Of a DNA stretch of 64,000 nt, positions 39,013 through 50,600 are shown piece by piece. This DNA is from a virus, in the IMG/VR virus record IMGVR_UViG_3300027749_000073, positions 1 through 64,000 of that record; one strand, given 5' to 3'. A program made the translations under genes and the position numbers. Each line of letters begins with the position of its first letter. Within the stretch, counting starts at the first letter, position 1. The notes beneath the pieces are model-generated. The model saw only the letters and a list, made by a program, of their open reading frames with translations. It made no database searches and was not told the DNA's origin.

Positions 39013-42000
39013 ATGGCTGAATTTAAATTAGATAAAATTAGATTTACCTGGAAAGGTGATTGGACTACTAGTATTTTTTATACTAAAGACGACATTGTTC
39101 GTTATGGCGGAAAGTCGTATGTATGTCTAGTAGGACACACTGCAAGTTCCAATTTCTATACAGACTTAAACTATATTAATACTGCAACTGAACCTGATAT
39201 TGCTGCTCCAAAATGGACACTATGGTTTGATGGTTATGCATGGAAAAGTAGTTGGAATTATTCAACATTTTATAATCAAGGCGATGTTGTTAGATTTAAC
39301 GGATATTTATATCTTTGTATTACCTCTCACACCTCTACTGCAAATATTAACAGCATGTCAGGGTTAACTACTGATTCATCAAACTGGTCAGTCTATCTTA
39401 AAACTGATTATTGGACAGGTGAATGGATAGTTACTACTGCATACCAAAAAGGCGATATTGCAAGATATGGCGGCACTATTTATAGATGTATAATTACACA
39501 TCAGTCAGATCCACTAATTGGTTTTCCAAGTTGGGGATGGGAAATTGTTACACAAGGTATTGATTATAAATCATCGTGGGCAAGCTCAACTGTGTACAAA
39601 GCATACGACCTTGTAAAATATGGAGCAAATATTTGGAAATGTACTACTGATCATACTTCCGCAAGTACGTTTACACCAGCTAATTGGACAATTTACGTAC
39701 CTGGTGTAACATTTAGAAACAATTGGAATAATGCTACTAGCTATATTCCAGGTGATATTGTAGGATATGGCGGTTACAATTACACAAGTAATACTCACAA
39801 TACAAATTCAGTGCCATCGACTCATCTAGTTGATTGGACATTAGTAACTAAAGGTTTTAGAATACAAGGTGACTGGTCATCTGCTACGCAATATTATGTC
39901 GGTGACGTTGTTAGAAGAAATGGCTATGTGTATGTTAGTATCGCAGATAATTTAAATTTAGAGCCAGCATCAAACGTAAGTTATTGGACTACCTTAATCA
40001 CTGGTACGCAGTGGAATAATCGCTGGGTAGTCGGTACTTCATATTTATTAGGCGATATTGTAATTTACAAATCAATTGCATATCTATGTATTTTAGCCCA
40101 TACTGCGTCATCAGGTAACAATCCAATTTCTGGTATCGGTGTACAATGGAATACATTAATTTCAGGTGATGCAAATGAACCTATGACAACTATAGGTGAT
40201 ACTCTAACCTATAACATAGTTAATACTGCATTGCCGATCGGAACATCCGGCAATGTTCTTAAATCATCAGGAACGATGCCGTACTGGGGAGACTTTGGCG
40301 GTATTACAGTTGTGTATTACGTTGCTCCAAACGGTACAGATACGGTTACTTCTGGTACTACGTTAGCAAACCCGTTTTTAACTATAAAATATGCATGTGA
40401 TTTTATTAGAGGATTAGCAGTACCTAGTGCTACATTGTTTATTAAAACAGGTATTTACACAGAAACATTGCCTATCATTGTTGCTGCTGGATTAGAATTA
40501 GTAGGTGACGAAATTAGAAGCACTGTTGTTCAACCTGCATCTGGATATACAACGTCAAATATGTTCTATGTACGAAATGGTTCTGGTATTAGAAACATGA
40601 CATTAACAGGGCTATCTGGTTCATTAGGCACAGCAAATATTTATGGAACTAGTCGCCCAACAGCAGGAGCGTATGTTAGTTTAGACCCGGGTTCAGGCAC
40701 TAATGATTCTTCGGTTTGGATTACGACAAAATCACCATATGTACAAAATGTATCTACATTTGGAACTGGTTGCACTGGCTTAAAAATTGATGGAACATTA
40801 CATAACGGCGGCAACAAATCAGTTGTTGCTAACGATTTTACTCAGATCTTAAGTGATGGTATTGGCGTTTGGTGTACTGGCTCAAGTGCATTAGTTGAAT
40901 TAGTATCTGTGTTTTCATATTATGGCCACATTGGATACTTAGCAGAAAATGGTGGCAAAATTCGTGCTACAAATGGTAACAGTTCATATGGTACATACGG
41001 TACAGTATCAGAAGGATACGATTCAACCGAAACTCCATTAGCTGGAACTGTTAATAACAGAAATCAATCTGCACAAGTTGCATCTGTTTTTGCAGGTCAA
41101 GCACAAAATAAAATTTTAGCAGTTGAATACTCAAATGCAGGTCAAAATTACTCATTAATCTCTCCACCTACTTTTACATTTGGAGGTGCAGGAACTAACG
41201 TAAGCACATTAGTAGACGAATATAGAGACGGTGCAGTTTTTGAAGCAATGATAACTGGTACAGACGCAAATGCAGGTGGTTTTGGCTATTTAACTGCAGG
41301 AAACCAAGCACAAGGTGGTACTTCGACTACTATTGTTATTGCATCAAATGATACTAACTTAGCTGCAAATTATATAGGAATGCGAGTTATTATTAACAGC
41401 GGAACAGGTGTTGGACAATACGGTTATGTTCAAGCATACAACAGTCTTTCAAAAACAATTTCAGTTTATAAAGAAAGCACGGGTACTGCAGGGTGGGATC
41501 ATGTTGTTCCAGGTACTACTATTGCAACAACTTTAGATTCAACTACGGTTTACAGTATTGAACCTTGTGTTACATTTACTACACCGACGTTTGCATTAGG
41601 AAGTACCGGTACTCCGACTAACGCAAACAGTATTACTTATGGTAATGGAAAGTTTGTAGTTGTAGGTGGATCAGGTACTGGGGTTATGCAATATTCATCT
41701 AATGGAACATCGTGGACTACCGGTACCGGTTCTGTTGCATTTAATAATCCATCAGTTGCATTTGCTGCAGCATCTAATACATTTGTTGGTATTAATGCTA
41801 GCGGAAGTACTTATGGATATTCGGCTAACGGTACATTGTGGACTGCTGGTACATTACCAACATCTGCAACAAATTCCTCTATCATTTCTGCAAGCACTAA
41901 TGTAGCGTATATAAGTTACAGCGGAAGTACTAGAACTAACCTGTTAACTTATAGTGAGAATTTTAGTACCTGGAATACCAGCCTACCAGGAATTTCTAGT

Positions 42001-44613
42001 AATGCAACTACTGCACCTGACGGAACAACTACCGGAACGTTATTTACTTCATCTATTACATCACAATCAGTTTGGTGGAATTATACTATAAACACTAATG
42101 ATACTACTATTAGAACATTTTCAGTATTTCTTAAACCAGGAACTGTAGTATCTACTGGTATTGTTATGGTATATACCGGTTCTGCTAGTTCATACATTCA
42201 ATGCCAGATAACATGGAGTACATTATCTGTTACTTCACAGAATACTGCAGGTAACGTATCAGTCTCAACTCCAGTTGCAGTCGGTAATGGATGGTATAGA
42301 TTGTCAGTAACTGGTAGTAATTTAGTAGCAGCTAATACGTTCATACAACTCCAAATTCAACCAGCTTACACAGGTACTGGAACATGTTACGTATGGGGCG
42401 CACAACTTGAAACAGGAACCAGAGCATCAGGATATATTCAATCAGTTGCTACTCAAGGTACTGCAACCACTGAATTATTAACTTCTTCAGACGGTACGAC
42501 ATGGAATGCACTAGGCTGCCCTGCAGGAAATTTTAAATATCTTGCATATGGCACCGGAGTTTATATAGCTTCTACAGGTACAAATACAAACACAATTGGA
42601 TATAGTTATAACGGTATAACTTGGACTAATATAACATTACCAGAAACTAACTATTGGTCAGCTATCGCATACGGTAATGGCCGATTTGTAATAACTAACA
42701 CTAATGGATACTCGAGTTCATTTTATTCATTGGACGGAATTACTTGGACACGCGCAGATTTACCTACTAGCGGATATTGGAGTATTACTTACGGTCAAGG
42801 TATGTTTATAGCAGTGTCTGGTACTAATGGAGGTTGTAGAAGCACAGACGGAATTAACTGGACGTCATTTACTCCTGGTGCATTTTATAACTATATTGCA
42901 ATCGGTAACCCATCTAATACACCGAGATTTGTAGCAGTTAGCTCAACCGGAAGTCTAACAGGCACGGTTGGAACACCTGCATTAGGTAGAGTTACTGTCG
43001 GATCTGGTAAAATTGGTTCAATTAAATTGTGGAATCCAGGAAGTGGATATCCTGCAACTCCTACTACTGCGCAATTTGTTGCTAGTGTAAATGGAACAAT
43101 ATTATCGTTAACCTTATTAAATTTAGGTTCTATAGTTAACGGTATGGTATTATATGGCGGACGTGGTAATGTTGCAGCTAACACTGTAATTACTGGACAA
43201 AATAACGTAACATTTGTTGGTTTTATTAATGGAACAATATTAACAGTAACATCAGTTAGTGTTGGTTCAATGGCAGTAGGATTAGTTCTTACTAATAGTG
43301 GCGTAGTTACTGGTACTACTGTAATAAGTTCAGATACAGCTGTGTTTAATGGTACTATTGCCGGTTCTACCTTAACAGTAACGACTATGGGATCAGGTAT
43401 TATATATCCGGGTATGGTTTTAACTGGTGGTGCATTACCTGCAGGATTGTATATTGTTTCTAATATTAGTGGAGCAGGTACTAATAGTACATGGCAAGTA
43501 AGTCAATCAGGTTCATATATTGTTTCTAATATTAATGGTATTAGATATCAAGTTGATACTTCTCAAACGATTGCAGTTGGATCTACATTTGGTGGTACTA
43601 GTTACAATATTAGTATTAGCCAAACATTAGCAACTGCTAACTTTTATGCATCACTTGAACCAGGTGCAATCGCTACTATAACTGACCCAAATGCATCGTC
43701 AACTGTGGTTATAAACTGTCGTGTAGGAAATGGAGTTTTAGGTAATCCATCATTTATCAATCGTGGAAATAACTATCAAACATCAACTACTACTTGTACA
43801 ATTACAGGCGGTGCAGGGTATGCTGATATCTACCCAGTTTCAAAGTACTTAACAGTTAGCAATTTATCATATTCTCCAAGTTTAGGTGCAAGTTTAACAA
43901 TTGGAGCAAATCAGACTCAATATAAGATTGTTAATGTTACGAATCTAACCGGCGGAACATATTACTTACAAATTAGTCCAAGTATTTCAAGATCAATTAC
44001 GCCGGCACACGGCACTGCAATTGCAATTAGACAGAAATATAGTCAAGTACGACTAACAGGACATGATTATTTGTTAATTGGTACAGGTAATAAAACTACA
44101 TCAAATTATCCAAATACTGATATAACTACTGCAAAATCATATAATCAAGTAATGGAAAATAATTTAGGTCGTGTATTTGTAACTGCAACTGATCAAGATG
44201 GTAATTTTAAAGTTGGTAATTTATTTGGTGTACAGCAAGCAACAGGAACTGTTACTATATCTGCAGATTTATTTAATTTATCAGGACTTAATCAAATTAC
44301 ATTAGGCGGTGTACAAGTTGGGCAAAACACCGTTACTATTACACAGTTTTCAACTGATCCGTATTTTGTTGCAAACAGTGATAATATTGTTCCAACGCAG
44401 AAAGCAATTAAATCGTACATTGCAAATCAAATTAGTAACGGCGGTGCAAACGCGCAGACATCTATTATTACTGCAGGCACTGTTGGTGTTGGGCCATTCA
44501 GCATATTTTCATCAGCAGGTACGTCGATTAAAATTAACAATAAAATGAATATGACCAAAGGGGTCGACGGTGTAATGTTAGCGTTAGCATACTTTAAATC
44601 AAGTAGAAGATAA
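39013..44613 (+). CDS. Giant fibre/spike protein: CBM5/12-like repeats, beta-helix, beta-propeller
   Basis: W...T.Y..GD.V.YGG..Y.C...HT repeats; KSPYVQNV..FG beta-helix; YGNG.FV..S.DG.TW blades; inserted TNLL.YSE...WGAQLE domain. Confidence 0.8.
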   Translation: MAEFKLDKIRFTWKGDWTTSIFYTKDDIVRYGGKSYVCLVGHTASSNFYTDLNYINTATEPDIAAPKWTLWFDGYAWKSSWNYSTFYNQGDVVRFNGYLYLCITSHTSTANINSMSGLTTDSSNWSVYLKTDYWTGEWIVTTAYQKGDIARYGGTIYRCIITHQSDPLIGFPSWGWEIVTQGIDYKSSWASSTVYKAYDLVKYGANIWKCTTDHTSASTFTPANWTIYVPGVTFRNNWNNATSYIPGDIVGYGGYNYTSNTHNTNSVPSTHLVDWTLVTKGFRIQGDWSSATQYYVGDVVRRNGYVYVSIADNLNLEPASNVSYWTTLITGTQWNNRWVVGTSYLLGDIVIYKSIAYLCILAHTASSGNNPISGIGVQWNTLISGDANEPMTTIGDTLTYNIVNTALPIGTSGNVLKSSGTMPYWGDFGGITVVYYVAPNGTDTVTSGTTLANPFLTIKYACDFIRGLAVPSATLFIKTGIYTETLPIIVAAGLELVGDEIRSTVVQPASGYTTSNMFYVRNGSGIRNMTLTGLSGSLGTANIYGTSRPTAGAYVSLDPGSGTNDSSVWITTKSPYVQNVSTFGTGCTGLKIDGTLHNGGNKSVVANDFTQILSDGIGVWCTGSSALVELVSVFSYYGHIGYLAENGGKIRATNGNSSYGTYGTVSEGYDSTETPLAGTVNNRNQSAQVASVFAGQAQNKILAVEYSNAGQNYSLISPPTFTFGGAGTNVSTLVDEYRDGAVFEAMITGTDANAGGFGYLTAGNQAQGGTSTTIVIASNDTNLAANYIGMRVIINSGTGVGQYGYVQAYNSLSKTISVYKESTGTAGWDHVVPGTTIATTLDSTTVYSIEPCVTFTTPTFALGSTGTPTNANSITYGNGKFVVVGGSGTGVMQYSSNGTSWTTGTGSVAFNNPSVAFAAASNTFVGINASGSTYGYSANGTLWTAGTLPTSATNSSIISASTNVAYISYSGSTRTNLLTYSENFSTWNTSLPGISSNATTAPDGTTTGTLFTSSITSQSVWWNYTINTNDTTIRTFSVFLKPGTVVSTGIVMVYTGSASSYIQCQITWSTLSVTSQNTAGNVSVSTPVAVGNGWYRLSVTGSNLVAANTFIQLQIQPAYTGTGTCYVWGAQLETGTRASGYIQSVATQGTATTELLTSSDGTTWNALGCPAGNFKYLAYGTGVYIASTGTNTNTIGYSYNGITWTNITLPETNYWSAIAYGNGRFVITNTNGYSSSFYSLDGITWTRADLPTSGYWSITYGQGMFIAVSGTNGGCRSTDGINWTSFTPGAFYNYIAIGNPSNTPRFVAVSSTGSLTGTVGTPALGRVTVGSGKIGSIKLWNPGSGYPATPTTAQFVASVNGTILSLTLLNLGSIVNGMVLYGGRGNVAANTVITGQNNVTFVGFINGTILTVTSVSVGSMAVGLVLTNSGVVTGTTVISSDTAVFNGTIAGSTLTVTTMGSGIIYPGMVLTGGALPAGLYIVSNISGAGTNSTWQVSQSGSYIVSNINGIRYQVDTSQTIAVGSTFGGTSYNISISQTLATANFYASLEPGAIATITDPNASSTVVINCRVGNGVLGNPSFINRGNNYQTSTTTCTITGGAGYADIYPVSKYLTVSNLSYSPSLGASLTIGANQTQYKIVNVTNLTGGTYYLQISPSISRSITPAHGTAIAIRQKYSQVRLTGHDYLLIGTGNKTTSNYPNTDITTAKSYNQVMENNLGRVFVTATDQDGNFKVGNLFGVQQATGTVTISADLFNLSGLNQITLGGVQVGQNTVTITQFSTDPYFVANSDNIVPTQKAIKSYIANQISNGGANAQTSIITAGTVGVGPFSIFSSAGTSIKINNKMNMTKGVDGVMLALAYFKSSRR

Positions 44614-44632
44614 TGCATTGCAATTAAACACA

Positions 44633-44638
44633 TAAATA
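44633..44638 (+). promoter_or_regulatory. Late promoter (TAAATA)
   Basis: 27 nt upstream of ATG 44665, GGAG SD. Confidence 0.6.
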
Positions 44639-44664
44639 TATACATATAGATCTTGGAGCATTAA

Positions 44665-47600
44665 ATGGCTGAATTTAAATTAGGTAGAATACGGTTTATC
44701 TGGAAAGGTGCATGGGCATCTTCTACAACGTATTTAAAAGATGATATCATACGAAATGGCGGAAAAACGTATGTGTGCGTAGTTGGGCATACAAGTTCTG
44801 CAGATTTCACAACAGATCTTAGTAATGTACCAACAAGGTGGAATCAAGTTTCTGATGGCACTGCATGGATGTCAGATTGGACTGTTAATACATACTATAG
44901 ATTAAATGATGTAGTAAAATACGGTGGTAAGCTGTATATCTGTACAGCAACACATACATCTGCTGCAACTATTACTTTAGGATTAGAAGCAAACATTGCA
45001 AGCTGGGATGTGTATGCAAATGGATTTAAATGGCAGACTACTTGGGCAACTTCTACAAAATACAGAATTAATGAAGTAGTAAAATACGGTGGTATTGTAT
45101 ATGTCTGTAACACCGGACACACATCTGCTGCAACTGCAACTCTTGGTCTTGAAAACGATCAATCAAAATGGGATATTTTTCATAAAGGTCTTGATTATTT
45201 AGGACAATGGAGCGGAAGTTCTGTACGATATAAAGTTAACGATCTTGTTAACTATGGTGCAGATGTTTGGATTTGTACGACTTACCACACATCGGCTGCA
45301 TCGTTTGTTGAGGCAAACTGGGCACGATTTGTAGAAGCATTAACATTTGAAAATACATGGTCAAGTGCTACTATTTACCAACCAGGTGATATCGTCGGAT
45401 ACGGTGGTTACTCATATATCAGTAAAACAATAAACAGCAACGCTACTCCGTCTACAAGCACTGCAAACTGGGGATTATTTACCACTGGGTTTACATTAAT
45501 TGGTGATTGGGCAACTTCTACATCTTACTTAGTTGGAAATATAGTTCGGTTAGGCGGTTATACCTATGTTGCAATCTTAGATCATACATCGAGTGGTTCA
45601 AGTACACCTCCAAATCTAACATATTGGTCAAGATTAAATTATGGTATCAGATGGAATAATACTGCTAAATCATATACCGGGTTAGCTGGTACAAATATCA
45701 CCGGTACAGGAACAACTGCTACATTTAACGTGGCAACTGTCGGTACTGCGTATACTGTTACTGTAAATGCAGTAGGTACAGGATATGCGGCTACTAATAC
45801 AATTAAAATTTTAGGCACTGCAGTTGGCGGGTTAACTCCGTTTAATGATATTATAATTACAGTTGCTACTATTTCAGGTAGTGCAATTGCTACAATTACT
45901 TATACAGGTATTGCATCAACTTGGGCAACTGCTACTGGATATGTTGCAGGTGATACTGTTAGTTTTGGACCAAACAGTTATATTTGTATCCTTGCTCACA
46001 CTAGTGCTGCAGGTAACAGACCTGATGCAGACACAGTAGCAACATACTGGAACATGGTTGCAGCAGGTGCATCTACAAGTGTTTTAACAACAACTGGTGA
46101 TATTCCGTACATGGGAGCAAGTGGTTCTACTAGATTAGGTATAGGTTCTGCAGGACAAGTATTGAAAGTCTCTTCGAGTTTAGTGCCATTTTGGACATAT
46201 TTTGGTATTATTGATCAGGTTTACTATGTTGCACCGACCGGAACAAACACTCCTGCACCTGACTATGGTGTTACTTTAGATCGTCCGTGGCTAACTGTTC
46301 GGTATGCAGCTGAACAAGTTGACGCAGGCCCATTAAATCCAAATGGCTCATATTTGCTTTCAAGAAATAGAAGTTATATCCAAAGTGAGATAATTGCATG
46401 GATTAACTATCAAGTTACAAATAATATTGCGCCATTTGTAGGTTTTACGTATGTGCAAGCAACATGTCAACGTGACGTTGGGTATGTTATCGACGCGTTA
46501 GTATACGATTTATCACATGGCGGTAATGCACGTTCGGTAGCAGTTGCACAAGCATATGTGGGCGGTACATATACTCAATTAGCTAATCAAAAAACACAAG
46601 ATGTTGCAGGTTATAATCAAATGGTGTCTGTTATTAACTCAGTTATTGCAAACTCTGCACCAGGTACAACATATCAAGCAACTGTTACACGGATTAGTGA
46701 TTCTACAAAAACATTAGAAACTGGTGTTACTACATTAGTTACTAACCTAGTTAAAGTAATCACTGATGCAATCACCGCAGGTGTTTCTACAAATATTCCA
46801 GCAGTAGTTAATACTAACTATACAATTTTTGTCAAAACTGGTATTTACTATGAAACATTACCTATTATTGTTCCTGCAAATACTGCAATTGTTGGTGACG
46901 AATTACGTTCATCTAATATTAGACCAAAGAGTACATCAATTGCAACTACTGATACAACTTATAGTATAGCAACGGTAACTAGATTACAAAGTATTATATC
47001 AAACTTAGTACAAAATTTAACAGTTACTCCTACCACAGGCAATCCATTAACTCCAGTTACTACACGTCCTGCAAGTAATTCAACAGTAGGTACGGCGGCG
47101 GCGGCATTATTAACAAATTATATTGCTTATATCAACTGGTATATTAACAGTAGTGGTTCTGCTCCTGCATTAGTTGGCACAAATACACCAACTGCTACAC
47201 AAGCATATTATGATGCAGTAGAAGTGTTAGAAGCAAATAAAGAATTTTTAGCTCAAGAAGCAGTTGCGTATACCAATTATACATACAGTACAACTGTATC
47301 AGCTACTGCTACAAATGGTAATATCACAGTTGCAAACTCTACTAACTTTGCAGTCGGTATGCCTGTAGTGTTTAGTGGTACTGTTGGTTCTTCTGGCATT
47401 GTAGTTGGAACTGTTTATTATGTTAAAACTTCAGCTGCTAACGTGTTAACTGTTGCTGCAACATCGGGCGGTACTGCACTAACATGGACAGCAACATCTG
47501 GCATGTCATTTACCGTTACACTATCATATGTTTCTGCAACGTGTGCGCGTGATGTTAGAGTGTTAGTAAACGCAATAAAATATGACTTAGTTTATACTGG

Positions 47601-50600
47601 CAATTATAAAACATTATTAGCTGCTCGTTATTACAGACGGTGTGTACAAACTTCAATAACTGAAGATATGTTCTATGTTCGTAATGCAACTGGGTTACGT
47701 AACATGACAGTACAAGGGTTAACTGGTACGTTAGGCACTGCAAATACTTATGGAACAAAACGTCCAAGTGCTGGTGCATATGTTAGTTTAGATCCAGGTT
47801 GGGGTGCAGCAGACAATCGCACTTGGATTACATCACGTTCACCGTATATACAAAACGTAACAACTTTCGGAACTGGTTGTACTGGTTTAAAAATTGACGG
47901 AACACTGCATAATGGCGGTAACCGATCAGTTGTAGCAAATGATTTTACTCAGATATTAAGTGATGGTATTGGTGTTTGGTGTACTGGTACTAGTTCATTA
48001 ACTGAATTAGTATCTGTGTTTTCATACTATGGCCACATTGGATACTTAGCAGAAAATGGTGGCAAAATTCGTGCTACAAATGGTAACAGTTCATACGGAA
48101 CATACGGAACCGTTGCAGAAGGAGTTGATTCATCTGAAACTGCATTAACTGCAACCGTTAACAACCGTGCTAATCAAGCATTAATTACTAATGTTGTTAC
48201 TGATTTAGTTAATAAAATTTATCGTGTAGAATATTCAAATGCTGGTACAGGTTATAATACTGCAACTTATGCATTTAGCGGGTCAGGTTATGGTGTTGTT
48301 TCTACAGGAAACGAATTTAGAGATAACGCAGTATTTGAAACAAGACTATTAACTAATGGTGCAAACTATGTAACTTCAACAAATACAGCACAAAATGGTA
48401 ACACTGTTCAAATTACAATTGCTGCGGTTGATAGCGCAATTAGTAGTGCTTATGCAGGTATGAGAATCCAGTTATTAAGTGGCACAGGTGTAGGACAAAG
48501 TGGTTATATTGTTAACTACAACTCAGGTACTAAACTTGCGCTAGTTGCAAAGGAAAGTTTCCCAAGTATGACTGCAACTGCAACAACCGCAAGTTCTGAT
48601 TTAATTACTGTTGCAAGCACAAGTACATTAACCGCAAATATGCCAGTTTATTTTAGTGCTGCTCTTGCTAATATTTCAGCAAATACGTTGTACTATGTTA
48701 AAACTATTTCAAGTACTACACAATTTAGTATTAGTACGATTGCTGCTGGTACTGTATTTGATATTACAAGTGATACATCGGCGCAAACTGTAGCAGTTCA
48801 TGCTGCAGGGTGGGATCATGCAATTAGTGGTACTCCGGCTGTTGCAGCATTAGACGTTACAACTAGTTACATTATTGAACCAAGAATTGTTTTTGCTTCG
48901 CCAACATACAGTACTAATACTAATACAATTGCATCAAATTCATGGGTTGACATAGCATATGGTGATATCTATGCTACTTATACAACTGTTGCAACGGTTG
49001 GCGGTTCTGGTTCTGGTGCAACAATTACTGTAACTAGAACGGGCAACACATATTCTGCTGCGCTTGGTTCAGGTGGAACCAATTATAAAATTGGGGATGT
49101 TGTTACAGTTCTTGGAACAAACTTAGGTGGAGTTGGTCATACCACTGCATTCTCTGCATCTTTTGGTTTACCAAGTTCTGCTAACTGGATATCAGTAACT
49201 TACGGAAATGGTAAATTTGTTGCAGTGGCAAATGGTTCAACTGCAACAGCATATTCAACAGATGGTATTACATGGCTTACTCCTGGCATTGGGCTACCAA
49301 GTTCTACTACTTGGGAATCTGTTACTTACGGAAATGGCAAATTTGTTGCTATTGTAAACGCTTCAACTGCAGCAGCATATTCAACAGATGGTATTACATG
49401 GAATGCAGCTAATGCTTTACCAAGTGCTGCTAGCTGGCAATCAGTTACCTATGGAAATGGTAAATTTGTTGCGGTAGCGTATGGTGCAACTGTAGCAGCA
49501 TATTCAACAGATGGTATTACATGGTTTGCATCTAATGCGTTACCAAGTGCTGCTAGCTGGGGATCTGTTACTTACGGAAACGGTAAATTTGTTGCAGTGG
49601 CAAATAGTTCAACTGCAGCAGCATATTCAACAGATGGTATTACATGGATTGCAGCTAATGCGTTACCGAGTGCTACTAACTGGCAATCAGTTACCTATGG
49701 AAATGGTAAATTTGTTGCAGTGGCAAATGGTTCATCAACTGCAGCAGCATATTCAACAGATGGTATTACATGGTTTGCAGCTAATGCGTTACCAAGTGCT
49801 GCTAACTGGCAATCAGTTACTTACGGAAACGGTAAATTTGTTGCGGTAGCATATAGTTCAACTGCAGCAGCATATTCAACAGATGGCATTACTTGGGTTT
49901 CTGCTACGTCGCCAAGTGCTGCTAACTGGCAATCAGTTACCTATGGAAATGGTAAATTTGTTGCTGTGTCTTATGGTGCAACATCTGCTTCATACTTACC
50001 AGACCTTAGTAACAACTTATACGTTACTGTAACTAACGTAGCAAGTGGTGTAATTAACAACTTTACATATGCAGGACAAGGGGCAGGTGGTAACTTTGTT
50101 GCAGTTCAAGCAAGTACAGGAACATATATAAGTACAACTGGTGCATCATGGTCAGCAGGCGGAGCATTGCCAACAGGATCGTGGACTTCTGTTGCGTACG
50201 GTGTAGTTAGTAGTGTTAGTACATGGGTAGTTGTACAAAATGGATCTAATAATACTGCATACTCAACTAACGGTGGAACAACTTGGACTACTGGGGGTAC
50301 ATTATCTGTATCAGGAACCTGGTCAAGTATTGCATTTGGTAATGGGAAATTTATAACATTACTAGGTAGTGCATCGTCAACCACCGCTAATATTTCATCT
50401 AATGGTGGAACCTCATGGACCGCAACTGGTACATTACCATCTGCTACATGGATTGCCGTAGCATACGGTGCCGGAACATGGGTTGCAATTGGAACAAGCG
50501 GAACTGTTGCTGCATATTCAACTAATGACGGAACATCATGGACTTCGTCAACATTACCTACTAATGCAGGATGGACAAGTGTTACATACGGTAATGGAAG

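Noticed and set aside
49168-49990. Repeats as a CRISPR array or DGR template/variable pair
   Set aside because: They are in-frame coding repeats with no unique spacers. Differences are not adenine-specific, and no cas or reverse transcriptase gene lies in the window.
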